DNA of 64,000 nt from an uncultured Acidobacteriota bacterium (GTDB lineage Bacteria; Acidobacteriota; Thermoanaerobaculia; Gp7-AA8): positions 352,001-416,000 of the forward strand of contig CAVUKB010000004.1 of NCBI GenBank assembly GCA_963741955.1, given 5' to 3'. A program made the position numbers and the translations under genes. The notes beneath the pieces were generated by a model that was not told the DNA's origin, did not search any database, and worked only from the letters and a program-made list of their open reading frames with translations. Positions 46,497 to 56,594 of this stretch are shown here, piece by piece. The first letter of the stretch is position 1, and every line of letters begins with the position of its first letter.

Positions 46497-49162
46497 TGCC
46501 GTCATTCCAGACCAGACTTCCATCCCGTCGAACCGTTTTCCGCACCATCTCGTTCCTCGTGGTTGCGGGAATCCTCCTCGTGATCGGCCTCGGCGTGTGG
46601 GGCTACTTCGAAGCCGTGAAGCGGTTCGAAGTGCGACGCGTTTCGCTCCCCACCCGCATCTACGCCGACCTCTTTCCGCTCCGGCCCGGCGTCTCGCTGA
46701 CTCCCGGGGATCTCGAAGACAAGCTCGGCCGCCTCGGCTACCGCGAGGTCGAGACGGTGAAAGGCGAGGGAGAGTACACGAAGTCCCACTCGACGTTCGA
46801 CATCTATCTCCGCTCGTTCCGCTATCCGACGGGAAAGCACGATGCCGAGAGGATCGAAGTCGAGCTCGCGGACGGTCGCATCCGGAGAGTCAGCGTGCAG
46901 GGAGGGGGAGCGGTCGAGACGGCTGCGCTCGAGCCCGAGCTCCTCACGTCGATTCTCACCAATCGGCTCGAGAATCGCCGTCCGGTGAACCTCGACCAGG
47001 TGCCGCAGAACCTGATCGACGCCGTCGTCGTGACCGAGGACATCCGCTTCTGGTCGCATCCCGGCGTCGATCCGATCGGGATTGTGCGGGCACTGGTACG
47101 CAACATCCGCAGCGGCGGAGTGGCCGAGGGGGGGTCGACGCTCACCCAGCAGCTGGTGAAGAACTATTACCTGAGCAATGAGCGGACGCTGAGACGGAAG
47201 ATCATCGAAGCGTTCATGGCGATCATCCTCGATGCGCGCTACTCGAAGAAGGAGATCCTCGAGGCGTATCTGAACGACATCTACCTCGGGAGGAACCGCT
47301 CCATCTCGATCATCGGAGTCGGCGAGGCCGCGCGCTATTACTTCGGCAAGCCGGTCGCGGAGCTCCAGCCCGCGGAGTCGGCGCTCATCGCGGGGATGAT
47401 CCGCAGCCCGAACAACTACTCGCCGTTCGCAGACGCGGATGCGGCGAAGAAGCGGCGTAACACCGTGCTCGGGCTGATGCTCAAGTACCACAAGATCGAC
47501 AGGAGCGAATACGAAAAGGCGATCGCAAAGGAACTGCCGAAGAAGCCGGGAAAGCAGCGGACCGGGCTCGGGTCGATCCCGTATTACGTCGACGAGGTGG
47601 TGCAGGAAGTCAGCGACGACTACGGCATCGGAAACGTCCGGGGACGAGGCCTGTCGATCTACACCGCGATCAATCTCGACTGGCAGGATGAGGCGACGAA
47701 CCAGATCAGGCAGGGGCTGCACGCGCTGGAGCGTTCCAGCAGGCGGCTCCGGCGCGCGGACAGTCCTCTCCAGGGGGTGCTGATTGCGGTCGATGTTCCC
47801 ACCGGGGAGATCCGGGCGCTGGTCGGAGGACGCGATTACAACGAGAGCCAGTTCAATCGTGCACTGCAGGCGAAACGGCAGGTCGGTTCACTCTTCAAGC
47901 CATTCGTCTACCTGGCGGCGTTCGAGCCGAGTCTTTCCCATCAGGTGATCACTCCGGCGACTCTGGTCAACGATCAGCGCTTCGTTCTGAAACGGAGATT
48001 TTCGAAGGACTGGTCGCCCCACAACTATGAGGGTGTCTACCACGGGATCGTGACCGTGGAGGAGGCGCTGGTCCATTCGATGAACGTCGCGTCCGTGCGG
48101 ATCGGGCTCGCCACCGGAATCGATTCGATCATCCGTGCGGCCCACGCGCTCGGCATCGAGACGGAGCTCGACTCGGTTCCTTCGCTCATTCTCGGATCGG
48201 TGGAGATTCCGCCCATCGAGATGGCGGAGGCGTACAGCACCATCGCACGGCTCGGGTCACGCCTCCCGCTGCACACCATCCGCTACATCACCGATGACAA
48301 CGGGAGGCTCGTCTCGAAGGCGGACTTCGAGCCGGTTCAGGTCTTTCCCGATCGCGATGTGTACGTCGGCGTGCACATCATGGAAGACGTGGTCACTCAC
48401 GGAACCGCTGCGGGATCCCGCCAGTGGTTCAGGAAGACGGCGGCGGGGAAGACCGGAACGACGAACGACAAGCGCGACGCGTGGTTCATCGGCTTCACAC
48501 CGGAGACGCTCGCCCTCACCTGGGTCGGCTTCGACGACAACAAGCCGACCGGGCTGGCCGGGTCGGAGGGCGCGGTGCCGATCTGGGCGAAGTTCATGAA
48601 CGAAGCGACGAAGGATCAGCAGGACCGTGACTTCCCGGTTCCGTCCGGAATCGTCTTCGTTCCCGTCGACGTCAGCAGTGGAGGTCTGGCCACGCCGTAC
48701 TGTCCGGAAGATCTCGTCAGAACGGTCGCATTCAAGGCGGGGACGGCACCGACGCAGGAGTGTCAGGTCCATCAGCCCCCTCCTCCTCCGCCGATGCAGT
48801 ACCCGTACGGTCAAGGCCTCCCGTACAGCGAAGGGATGCCGCCGGGAATGACGGGGACGGGACTCCCGCCCAGCGCGACCATGCCTCCTGAGCACGAGCC
48901 GATCCTCGGGCCGGGAAATATCGGTACCCCGCCGATGATGCCGCCGACCCGGACGCAGCCTCCCCCGACGCCGACACAGACGCAGGCTCCGCCGACACAG
49001 ACGCAGGCTCCGCCGACGCAACCCCCGCCGACGCGGACGCGACCGCGGCGGACGCAGCCTCCTCCGACGACCACCGCGCCTCCGCCGGAGCGGCCGCAGG
49101 AGAGTCCCCCGACGGCCACATCGACGGAATCACCTCCTCCGCCCGGAGAGACGCGAGGTTAA
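46496..49162 (+). CDS. mrcB: Bifunctional penicillin-binding protein, PBP1B-like, with Pro-rich C-terminal tail
   Basis: TM anchor; UB2H-like segment (LGYREV...GEY); EDIRF, GGSTLTQQLVKN, RKIIE; SLFK, SMN, KTGT. TGATG coupling to pgeF. Confidence 0.88.
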   Translation: MPSFQTRLPSRRTVFRTISFLVVAGILLVIGLGVWGYFEAVKRFEVRRVSLPTRIYADLFPLRPGVSLTPGDLEDKLGRLGYREVETVKGEGEYTKSHSTFDIYLRSFRYPTGKHDAERIEVELADGRIRRVSVQGGGAVETAALEPELLTSILTNRLENRRPVNLDQVPQNLIDAVVVTEDIRFWSHPGVDPIGIVRALVRNIRSGGVAEGGSTLTQQLVKNYYLSNERTLRRKIIEAFMAIILDARYSKKEILEAYLNDIYLGRNRSISIIGVGEAARYYFGKPVAELQPAESALIAGMIRSPNNYSPFADADAAKKRRNTVLGLMLKYHKIDRSEYEKAIAKELPKKPGKQRTGLGSIPYYVDEVVQEVSDDYGIGNVRGRGLSIYTAINLDWQDEATNQIRQGLHALERSSRRLRRADSPLQGVLIAVDVPTGEIRALVGGRDYNESQFNRALQAKRQVGSLFKPFVYLAAFEPSLSHQVITPATLVNDQRFVLKRRFSKDWSPHNYEGVYHGIVTVEEALVHSMNVASVRIGLATGIDSIIRAAHALGIETELDSVPSLILGSVEIPPIEMAEAYSTIARLGSRLPLHTIRYITDDNGRLVSKADFEPVQVFPDRDVYVGVHIMEDVVTHGTAAGSRQWFRKTAAGKTGTTNDKRDAWFIGFTPETLALTWVGFDDNKPTGLAGSEGAVPIWAKFMNEATKDQQDRDFPVPSGIVFVPVDVSSGGLATPYCPEDLVRTVAFKAGTAPTQECQVHQPPPPPPMQYPYGQGLPYSEGMPPGMTGTGLPPSATMPPEHEPILGPGNIGTPPMMPPTRTQPPPTPTQTQAPPTQTQAPPTQPPPTRTRPRRTQPPPTTTAPPPERPQESPPTATSTESPPPPGETRG

Positions 49163-49213
49163 CCCGCATTTCTCACACCGTCTCCGCAGCAGAGACGATG
49201 TGAGAAATGCGGG
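49163..49213. mobile_element. Minimal MITE (51 bp) with IS1380-like ends
   Basis: CCCGCATTTCTCACACCGTCTC-CGCAGCA-GAGACGATGTGAGAAATGCGGG, flanked by TTAA and TTAG. Confidence 0.8.
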
Positions 49214-49382
49214 TTAGGGACGCGAGACTCGAGGCGAGGGGCTCGAGTCTCGATTTCGGACCCGTGGGACAAGTCGGACCGGTCAGACCCGTCGGACAGG
49301 TCGCACAGAACATTGTTCTGCTCTTGTGCTGAAAGGCAGAATAGAATTCGCGAAAACAGGGCAGAGCGAGAATTATATTCTT

Positions 49383-49423
49383 CCCGACCCGACCCCCGAC
49401 CCCCGACCCCCGACCCCCGACCC
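49383..49423. repeat. Heptamer microsatellite (GACCCCC)n
   Basis: Read directly; abuts the fabF stop codon. Confidence 0.9.
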
Positions 49424-50677
49424 CTACGCCTCGTGGGCGGAGAGGACCAGCGTCGCGTTCGTTCCGCCGAACCCGAAGGAGTTCGAGATGGCGTGGCGGA
49501 TCTTCTTCTCGCGCGCCTGATTCGGCACGTAGTCGAGGTCGCATTCCGGATCGGGGTGCTCGTGGTTGATGGTGGGGGGGAGCACTCCGTTCACGAGCGC
49601 CAGCGCGGTGTACGCCGCTTCGAGCCCTCCTGCAGCACCGAGAAGATGACCGGTCATCGATTTGGTCGAGCTGACCGCCATCTCGTACGCGTGCTGTCCG
49701 AAGACCCGCTTCATCGCCATCGTCTCCGCTTTGTCTCCGACCGGAGTCGAAGTGCCATGAGCGTTGACGTAGTCGATCTGGTCCGGGTTGAGAGCGGCGT
49801 CCTGTATGGCGAGGTTCATCACCCGAGACATCCCCGAACCATCTTCGGCCGGAGCGGTGATGTGGTACGCGTCGCCGGACATTCCGTACCCCGTGATCTC
49901 TGCGTAGACGCGCGCGCCCCGGCGCAGCGCATGTTCCCGTTCTTCCAGGATCACGATCCCGGCGCCCTCACCCATCACGAAGCCGTCACGATCGGAGTCC
50001 CAGGGACGCGACGCGTGCTCGGGGTCGTCGTTCCGGGTGGAGAGTGCGCGCATGGCCGCGAATCCAGCCACCGCGAGCGGGGTGACCACCGCCTCGGTTC
50101 CCCCCGCGATCATTGCGTCGGCGGCGCCGCGCTGAATGATCTTGAACGAGTCGCCGATGGCATGGGCTCCGGTCGCACACGCGGTGCAGGGAGCGGAGTT
50201 CGGCCCCTTCGCTCCGAAGCGGATCGAGACCTGCCCGGCGGCGAGATTCACGATCAGCCCCGGAATGAAGAAAGGTGAGACCCGGTTCGGCCCTCGCTCG
50301 AGGAGCTTCGCGTGCATCTCCTCGATCAGGGGGAGTCCGCCGATGCCGGAGCCGATCACCACTCCGACGCGCTCGGCGTTCGAGTCGTCCACCGTCAGTC
50401 CGGAATCGTCGACGGCCATCTGCGAGGCGGCGATGGCGTAGTGGATGAAGAGATCGGACTTCTTGATCTCTTTCTTTTCGATCCACTTCTCCGCCTCGAA
50501 ACCCCGGACCTCGCCGGCAATCCGGCAGCTGTAGTCCGACGTGTCGAACCGGGTGATCGGCCCGATCCCCGACTTTCCGGAGATCAGGGCGTTCCAGTTC
50601 TCGTCGTTCCCGATGCCGAGCGGAGAGACGACTCCCAGCCCGGTGATGACCACTCGACGTTTATCCAACGATTTCAC
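49424..50677 (-). CDS. fabF: Beta-ketoacyl-ACP synthase II
   Basis: [44 protein letters not shown]. Confidence 0.97.
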   Translation of the reverse strand: MKSLDKRRVVITGLGVVSPLGIGNDENWNALISGKSGIGPITRFDTSDYSCRIAGEVRGFEAEKWIEKKEIKKSDLFIHYAIAASQMAVDDSGLTVDDSNAERVGVVIGSGIGGLPLIEEMHAKLLERGPNRVSPFFIPGLIVNLAAGQVSIRFGAKGPNSAPCTACATGAHAIGDSFKIIQRGAADAMIAGGTEAVVTPLAVAGFAAMRALSTRNDDPEHASRPWDSDRDGFVMGEGAGIVILEEREHALRRGARVYAEITGYGMSGDAYHITAPAEDGSGMSRVMNLAIQDAALNPDQIDYVNAHGTSTPVGDKAETMAMKRVFGQHAYEMAVSSTKSMTGHLLGAAGGLEAAYTALALVNGVLPPTINHEHPDPECDLDYVPNQAREKKIRHAISNSFGFGGTNATLVLSAHEA

Positions 50678-50751
50678 CTGGGAGATAGAAATTATCCGGA
50701 AGAGAAAGATAGAAGGGTGGTACTCGGCTGATGACCGGAGCGAGAGCGCCT

Positions 50752-50994
50752 TTACTCGCTCTTTGCGTGCTTCTGGATGTACTCGGTCGCGTCCTTCACC
50801 TTCTTGATCTTCTCGGCTTCCTCATCGGAGATCTCGACGCCGAACTCTTCTTCGAACGCCATGATGAGCTCGACGGTGTCGAGCGAGTCCGCTCCGAGAT
50901 CCTCGACGAACGAGGCATCCGCAGTGACCTCATCGGCATCCACTCCCAGCTGCTCCACGATGATAGATTTGACCCTCTCTTCAACCGACGACAT
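50752..50994 (-). CDS. acpP: Acyl carrier protein
   Basis: [18 protein letters not shown]...[20 protein letters not shown]; GGAGG RBS. Confidence 0.97.
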   Translation of the reverse strand: MSSVEERVKSIIVEQLGVDADEVTADASFVEDLGADSLDTVELIMAFEEEFGVEISDEEAEKIKKVKDATEYIQKHAKSE

Positions 50995-51194
50995 CGAATT
51001 CCTCCAGCTTCCCAAGTCAGGGATTTTCGACGCCTCTTTTAGCACAAGCCCCCTGTTTCGTCCATCTTTCCCGCGCGATTGGAAACCTCGCCATCGTCGG
51101 CAGCTCGAACCCCGCCTTACCGGGAATGCGACGACGCAATCGCTGTTGGACGAACGGGAAGGCGGCTCGCAAAGAGCCGGAAAGGAGCTGGAAA

Positions 51195-51896
51195 TTGCGT
51201 AGAATCCTCGCCCTGCTGCTTCTGGCCGGAATTGCCGTCGGCGTCTGGTACGGAGCGCGCTGGATCCGCCATCGCGACGACCTGCGGGCCACTCTCGTCT
51301 TCGACCATGCCGGCGATCTGCGCCGCGGCGATCCGGTCGAGGTGCGCGGCGTCCGCATCGGAACGGTCACCGGGATCGCCCGGCTGGAGAACCAGGATGC
51401 GGTCTCGATCCGCGTCGACCATCAGCACCGCAACCAGATTCTCTCCGATTCCCTCTTCACCATCGAGGGCTCACGCCCCGGGCCGAGCCGCCTCGAAGTG
51501 CACAACATCCTCTCGGTCGGCAAGCCGGTCGAATCGGGAGCGGTGATCCGGGTTCGCTCAGACCGGCTCACCCGGTGGCTCGCGAAAAATGGCGAGAAGG
51601 TGGCTCCGGTGTTCGCCGAGCTCGGGCAGAAGGCGAAGCAGCTCGTCGATCAGTACGAATCGGGAGAGTTGAAGAAGCAGATGGACGAGTGGCGGCGAGA
51701 ATATCCGGAGTGGAAGCGCGAAGGACGGGCCGCGGCCGAAAAACACCTCGACGAGATCCGCCGCAAGATCGATCAGGTCGAAGCAGAGCTCCGGAAGGAA
51801 GACCGGAAAGCGGAGGCCGAAAAGCTGCGGCAGCAGTTCCAGGAGTGGATGCAGAAGCTCAGGCAGGACGACGCCGAATCGGGAGCGGAGAATTGA
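51195..51896 (+). CDS. MlaD/MCE domain protein with charged helical C-terminus
   Basis: AAGGAG RBS then TTG; TM helix; [26 protein letters not shown]. Confidence 0.85.
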   Translation: MRRILALLLLAGIAVGVWYGARWIRHRDDLRATLVFDHAGDLRRGDPVEVRGVRIGTVTGIARLENQDAVSIRVDHQHRNQILSDSLFTIEGSRPGPSRLEVHNILSVGKPVESGAVIRVRSDRLTRWLAKNGEKVAPVFAELGQKAKQLVDQYESGELKKQMDEWRREYPEWKREGRAAAEKHLDEIRRKIDQVEAELRKEDRKAEAEKLRQQFQEWMQKLRQDDAESGAEN

Positions 51897-51985
51897 TCCG
51901 CCGAATGACGAAGCGGGAAGTGCGGGATGGCCTGCAACTCGCATCGACCTCAGCGGCAACGGAGATTCTGGAGACGCTCGGATTC

Positions 51986-52327
51986 ATGACTGCACAGAAG
52001 AGACGATTCACGTACGAAGAAGCGATCGACCTCCTTCCCGAGGTGCAGAAGATCACCGGCGAAGCGGTGAAGGAGCTGGAGATGGTCCTGTCGACCGAAT
52101 CGGCCGCCGCGTCGATCGAAGTTCCGCCGGAGCTGATTCGCGAGTACGAGCGGGTCGTTTCCGGATGGGCCGAGTCGATGCTCCGCCTCGGCACCGAGGT
52201 CAAGGGACTCTGGCTGGTCGATTTCGATTCCGGCAGCGGATACTATTGCTGGCGCTACCCCGAGCCATCCCTTCAATACTTTCACGATTACGACGCCGGC
52301 TTCTCCGGCCGGGTCAAACTCAACTGA
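51986..52327 (+). CDS. DUF2203-like protein
   Basis: FTYEEAIDLLP...EVKGLWLVDF...YCWRYPE...YFH...GFSGR. An alternative start at 51905 is possible. Confidence 0.8.
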   Translation: MTAQKRRFTYEEAIDLLPEVQKITGEAVKELEMVLSTESAAASIEVPPELIREYERVVSGWAESMLRLGTEVKGLWLVDFDSGSGYYCWRYPEPSLQYFHDYDAGFSGRVKLN

Positions 52328-52336
52328 GCGGGACGG

Positions 52337-53107
52337 GTGTCGATGCTGAAAGCCATCGTGTTCGATCTGTGGGAGACGCTGATCAGCGATCCTCCGGAGA
52401 TCTCGAAGAAACAGGAGCAGCGCCGGCTGAAGAGGATCGAGGAGATTCTCTCTGCGGCGGGTCACGCCGATACGGCCGAGAGGATCGAGAACGCGTACCG
52501 GCGCACCTGGCACCGATGCCTCGAGCTCTACTGGTCGAAGGACCTCGACATCCCGACGCGGACCCAGATCGATCACTTCCTCGAGTCGCTCGAGCTCGAT
52601 CCCGATTCGTTCTCAGAAGAGATCCTCGGCGAGATCGAGCACGCGTATTCGATTGCCGCGCTCGAACTGATGCCGATCCTCACACCGGGAGCGGCGGAGC
52701 TTCTCGAGCGCCTGAAGCGCGAATACGCGATCGGTCTGATCAGCAACACCGGACGCACGCCGGGCTGGGTGCTCCGGGAGATTCTCGATTCGCACGGGCT
52801 CGCACGCTGGTTCGACGCGATGGTCTTCTCGAACGAGCACGGGGAGTGCAAACCGAAGCGCTCCATCTTCGAGGCGTGCTGCAAGGCGCTGGGGGTCGAA
52901 CCTGCAGAGGCGGTCTTCGTCGGCGACAATCTTCAGGTCGACGTCTGGGGCGCGCAGCGGTGCGGTATGCGCGGGATCCACTACATCCCTCCGGTCCGAG
53001 GTCTCGCCGTCGCCCCTCCGTCGACGACGGAGGTCGAGGTGGTTCCGGACGCCGTGATTCACGATCTCGCCGAGATCGACCAGGTGCTGGCGAGACTGGC
53101 ATCGTGA
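52337..53107 (+). CDS. HAD family hydrolase
   Basis: FDLWETL, LISN, KP...IF, VFVGDNLQVDVWGA. Confidence 0.92.
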   Translation: MSMLKAIVFDLWETLISDPPEISKKQEQRRLKRIEEILSAAGHADTAERIENAYRRTWHRCLELYWSKDLDIPTRTQIDHFLESLELDPDSFSEEILGEIEHAYSIAALELMPILTPGAAELLERLKREYAIGLISNTGRTPGWVLREILDSHGLARWFDAMVFSNEHGECKPKRSIFEACCKALGVEPAEAVFVGDNLQVDVWGAQRCGMRGIHYIPPVRGLAVAPPSTTEVEVVPDAVIHDLAEIDQVLARLAS

Positions 53108-53198
53108 ACGCGAGCGAGAGGAAGCCGTGGAATAGCCGTTGCAGCAGGAATGCATGAATCAGCCACTCCTTTCGGGGAAGGAAAGAGCTCACGACCCG

Positions 53199-54731
53199 AT
53201 GAATCACCACCGACGATCCTCTCTCGCGATACTCCTCACGCTCGTTCTCGCGCTGCCGTTCGGCACGCTGGAATGGAGCGCGTTTGCCGCTCCCGCTCCG
53301 AAGCGGAAGAGCGCCTCGAAGAAGAAGAAGAGTGCGAGCGCAGATCCTGTGGCGAGCGGCAGCACGCTCGAGCAGCGGATCGATTCTCTTCTGAACAATG
53401 CCGTCGTCCGCAGCGCGAACGTCAGCATCCAGATCGTCGACGTCGAGACCGGAACGGTCGTCGCGGAGCGGGACCCGCACAACATGGTGGCTCCCGCCTC
53501 GAACATGAAGCTCTTCACCACCGGCGCGGCTCTCGATAATCTGAAGCCCTCGTTCGAGATCACCACTCCGGTCGAGATGAGGGGGACGGTCGACCAGACC
53601 GGGACTCTCCACGGAGACGTCCGGATCGTCGGTCACGGCGATCCGACCATCAGTGGGCGGCTTCACGACGGCAACGCCACCGCGGTCCCTGAACAGTGGG
53701 CGGACGCTCTGAAGGCCGCCGGGGTGCGGACCATAGCCGGGAATCTGATTTTCGAGTACGGCTACTTCGATACGGAGTTCGTCCATCCGACCTGGCCGAC
53801 CGACCAGCTGGTGAACTGGTACGAAGCCCCGGTCTCGGCGTTCTCCATGCAGGAAGGGTGCGTCGCGGTACGCGTCTACCCGACCCGAAAGGGAGAGCGC
53901 GCGCGGGTCGAGCTCGAACCGGAGAACACATTCCTCACCGTCCAGAATACCTGCACCACCGGCGGCGGGCCGGGTGTCTTCATCTCCCGGAAGATCGGGA
54001 CCAACGACATCATCGTCCGCGGCAATGCCCCGCCGAAGTACGGACCGACCGAGATCTTCGTCGCGATCCAGGATCCGATCCGTTACTTCGCGAACGTCGT
54101 CCACCAGACCTTCCTTCGCAACGGCATCAATGTCCAGGGGCAGGTGCTCGTCACGCCGCACGACGGCCGGGCCGACTGGAAGGAGATCACCCGCCAGACC
54201 ACGCCGCTCCCGGTCGTGGTCTACGTGATCAACAAAGTGAGCCAGAACCACTACGCCGAGCAGCTGCTCAAGATTCTCGGCGCCGAACGGCGGGGTCAGG
54301 GCTCGTGGGATTCCGGTTCGCAGGTCGTTCACCAGTGGCTGGTGCAGGACGTCGGTGTCCCGGCGAACGAGTTCCATCAGGTCGACGGTTCGGGGATGTC
54401 ACGCGACAACCGCGTCACCGCCAACGCCTTCATCCACCTCCTCCGGTACATGTGGAACACGCCGTACCGCCGGGAGTTCGTCAGCTCCATGCCCTACTCG
54501 GGCGAGCCGGAGTCGCGCCTCCGCCATCGTCTCAACCAGGCACCTTACGCTCGGCAGGTGTACGCGAAGACCGGATACATCAGCGGCGTGATCGGCCTCT
54601 CCGGCTATGTCCACGCGAAGAGCGGAAGGATCTACGCCTTCTCCTTCCTCTTCAACCACTACCGCACCGGCGTCTGGGGCGTTTACCGCCTGCAGGACAA
54701 GATCCTCGAGGAGATCGTCGATCGCGGATGA
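53199..54731 (+). CDS. dacB: D-alanyl-D-alanine carboxypeptidase/endopeptidase (PBP4, peptidase S13)
   Basis: PASNMKL, GHGDPT, SQN, DGSGMSR, AKTGYI; signal peptide. Start uncertain (53139-53199). Confidence 0.93.
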   Translation: MNHHRRSSLAILLTLVLALPFGTLEWSAFAAPAPKRKSASKKKKSASADPVASGSTLEQRIDSLLNNAVVRSANVSIQIVDVETGTVVAERDPHNMVAPASNMKLFTTGAALDNLKPSFEITTPVEMRGTVDQTGTLHGDVRIVGHGDPTISGRLHDGNATAVPEQWADALKAAGVRTIAGNLIFEYGYFDTEFVHPTWPTDQLVNWYEAPVSAFSMQEGCVAVRVYPTRKGERARVELEPENTFLTVQNTCTTGGGPGVFISRKIGTNDIIVRGNAPPKYGPTEIFVAIQDPIRYFANVVHQTFLRNGINVQGQVLVTPHDGRADWKEITRQTTPLPVVVYVINKVSQNHYAEQLLKILGAERRGQGSWDSGSQVVHQWLVQDVGVPANEFHQVDGSGMSRDNRVTANAFIHLLRYMWNTPYRREFVSSMPYSGEPESRLRHRLNQAPYARQVYAKTGYISGVIGLSGYVHAKSGRIYAFSFLFNHYRTGVWGVYRLQDKILEEIVDRG

Positions 54732-54923
54732 GTCGGAGTCGATCTGGTTCCAGCTTGCGGGTTGAATCCAGCCCGCCACCATTGAACCGGCACCGAGATC
54801 GGCGCGCCCCGCAGATGGTTCGAGCTCACCACCGACCTCCGCGCGTTCCACCGCTTCTCGAGTCACCACTTCGAGCCGACAACCCTTGCATCTTCTCCCT
54901 GCAGCACCGAAACTTGCAGCCGC

Positions 54924-56219
54924 ATGGCGCGCGCAGGCTGGCCCGGGAAGATCTCGTGGGGGACGTACGACCTCGCGAACACCATGTTCTCGATGAACGT
55001 CATCTCGCTCTACTTCCCTCTATGGGTGGCGAGCTCGTTCCATCGCGGCGAGGTGTGGTACGCGATCGCGTACTCGTTTTCCATGCTCCTCGTCGCGGTC
55101 GTCTCGCCTCTCGCAGGGACGGAAGGCGACCGCAACGGACATAAGCGGGTGCTCTTCCTCGCGACCACCGTCGCCGTCATCCTCACCGCGCTCCTCGGAT
55201 TCGGCCACTCCATCGTCTCGGTTCTCGTCATCTTCGTCGCCGCGAACTTCGGATATCAGGTGGGACTCGTTTCCTACAACTCGCTCCTCACGTCCGTGGC
55301 GGAGCCGCGCGAGAGGGGGATGGTCTCGGGTGTCGGAGTCGCGCTCGGCTACGTCGGGTCGTTCGTCGGAATGTTCGCCGCCTTTCCGTTCGTCAACCAC
55401 GGCGCGTTCGAGAAGCTGCCGGCATTTCTGCAACACGCGGTCAGCGCCCTCGCCATCGGCGGCGCTCCGGCCGGCGCCGTTCCCGCCCGTGCGAATGCGT
55501 TCCTCCCGACCGCCATCCTCTTTGCTCTGTTCTCGCTCCCTCTTTTTTTCTTCGTGCGCGAGCGGCGCGAAGGGAGACGTCCGTCGACCACCGGTTCGCT
55601 CCGCGAGGTCACCGCGACGTTCCGCGAGATCATTCGCCGGCGGAACCTCCGCAACTTCTATCTCGCGACGTTCCTCTACATGGACGCGGTCCATACCGTC
55701 TACATCGTCATGGCGACATACGCGAAGTTCGCCATCGGCCTCGACGACGGACAGATCCTCGAGTCGATGTCGATCGCATTGGCGGCAGCGGTGATCGGAT
55801 CGTTTCTCTACGGAATCCTCGCGGACCGGGTCACCGGTCGGACTGCGCTGATGACCGTTCTCGCGAACTGGGTCGTGGTGATGGTAGTGGCGGTCTTCGC
55901 TCACGGGTTCGGCGGGTTCGTCACCGTCGCCGTGATCGCCGGATGCGGTCTGGGCGGAGTGGAGGCGGTGCGCCGCGTGGCGCTCCTCTCGCTGATCGAC
56001 GAGGAGGAGAGCGGTCGCTACTTCGGCTTCTTCAACTTCACGGGGAAGGCGAGCTCCATCATCGGGCCGCAGCTTTGGGCCCTGGTCCTCTTCCTCTTCG
56101 AAGGGTGGGGAGGTATCCGGTTCCGGATCGCGGTGGGAGTGATGCTCCTTCTCGTGATCGCCGCGATCGGAGTCCTGCGCCGGGTCGAATTTCCGCCGGT
56201 CAGCCGCGTGGCGGCCTGA
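54924..56219 (+). CDS. MFS transporter (UMF1/Atg22-like)
   Basis: SWGTYDLANT, YNSLL, SGVGVALGYVG, GRYFGFFNFTGKASSIIGP; about 12 TM helices. Confidence 0.9.
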   Translation: MARAGWPGKISWGTYDLANTMFSMNVISLYFPLWVASSFHRGEVWYAIAYSFSMLLVAVVSPLAGTEGDRNGHKRVLFLATTVAVILTALLGFGHSIVSVLVIFVAANFGYQVGLVSYNSLLTSVAEPRERGMVSGVGVALGYVGSFVGMFAAFPFVNHGAFEKLPAFLQHAVSALAIGGAPAGAVPARANAFLPTAILFALFSLPLFFFVRERREGRRPSTTGSLREVTATFREIIRRRNLRNFYLATFLYMDAVHTVYIVMATYAKFAIGLDDGQILESMSIALAAAVIGSFLYGILADRVTGRTALMTVLANWVVVMVVAVFAHGFGGFVTVAVIAGCGLGGVEAVRRVALLSLIDEEESGRYFGFFNFTGKASSIIGPQLWALVLFLFEGWGGIRFRIAVGVMLLLVIAAIGVLRRVEFPPVSRVAA

Positions 56220-56223
56220 GATC

Positions 56224-56496
56224 TCATTTCTGTTCGCGGGGCATGGACGGGCCGTGGTCCGACACCGGCGCCACTTCGAGCGTGAAGAGCTGTTGCTCCC
56301 GGCGCCCGGTGGCCACCACCTGGAGTCCCGGATAGCGCTGGAGATCTCCGATCAGGCTCGATTGCTCGGCCTCCAGAAACTTATCCACGGCGTCCTCCGG
56401 ACTGGTCGCCTCGAGCATGAAGAAGCGGGGAAGGACGGAAGGCGCGGCACGGCCCGCCTCGTCGGTCAGGAAAAGCTGTTCGATCCGGAATCTCAC
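56224..56496 (-). CDS. Small hypothetical protein (~90 aa)
   Basis: GGAGGA RBS before GTG (MRFRIEQLFLTDE...); genome-like codon usage; fills the gap between the MFS gene and guaB. Confidence 0.65.
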   Translation of the reverse strand: MRFRIEQLFLTDEAGRAAPSVLPRFFMLEATSPEDAVDKFLEAEQSSLIGDLQRYPGLQVVATGRREQQLFTLEVAPVSDHGPSMPREQK

Positions 56497-56594
56497 TGGT
56501 CCTCCCCACGCCACCACTACCGCCATACCGCCCCATTTCCCTGCAATATTGATGCAGTTCGGCGCTGTTCTATACTCCCAACCGAGGAGCATGC

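Noticed and set aside
54790-54845. tRNA-like GGTTCGAG motif between dacB and the MFS gene
   Set aside because: No cloverleaf: the T stem, acceptor stem and anticodon arm could not be paired.
56497-56594. Purine riboswitch upstream of guaB
   Set aside because: The region is short, shared with a divergent gene, and lacks the aptamer consensus.
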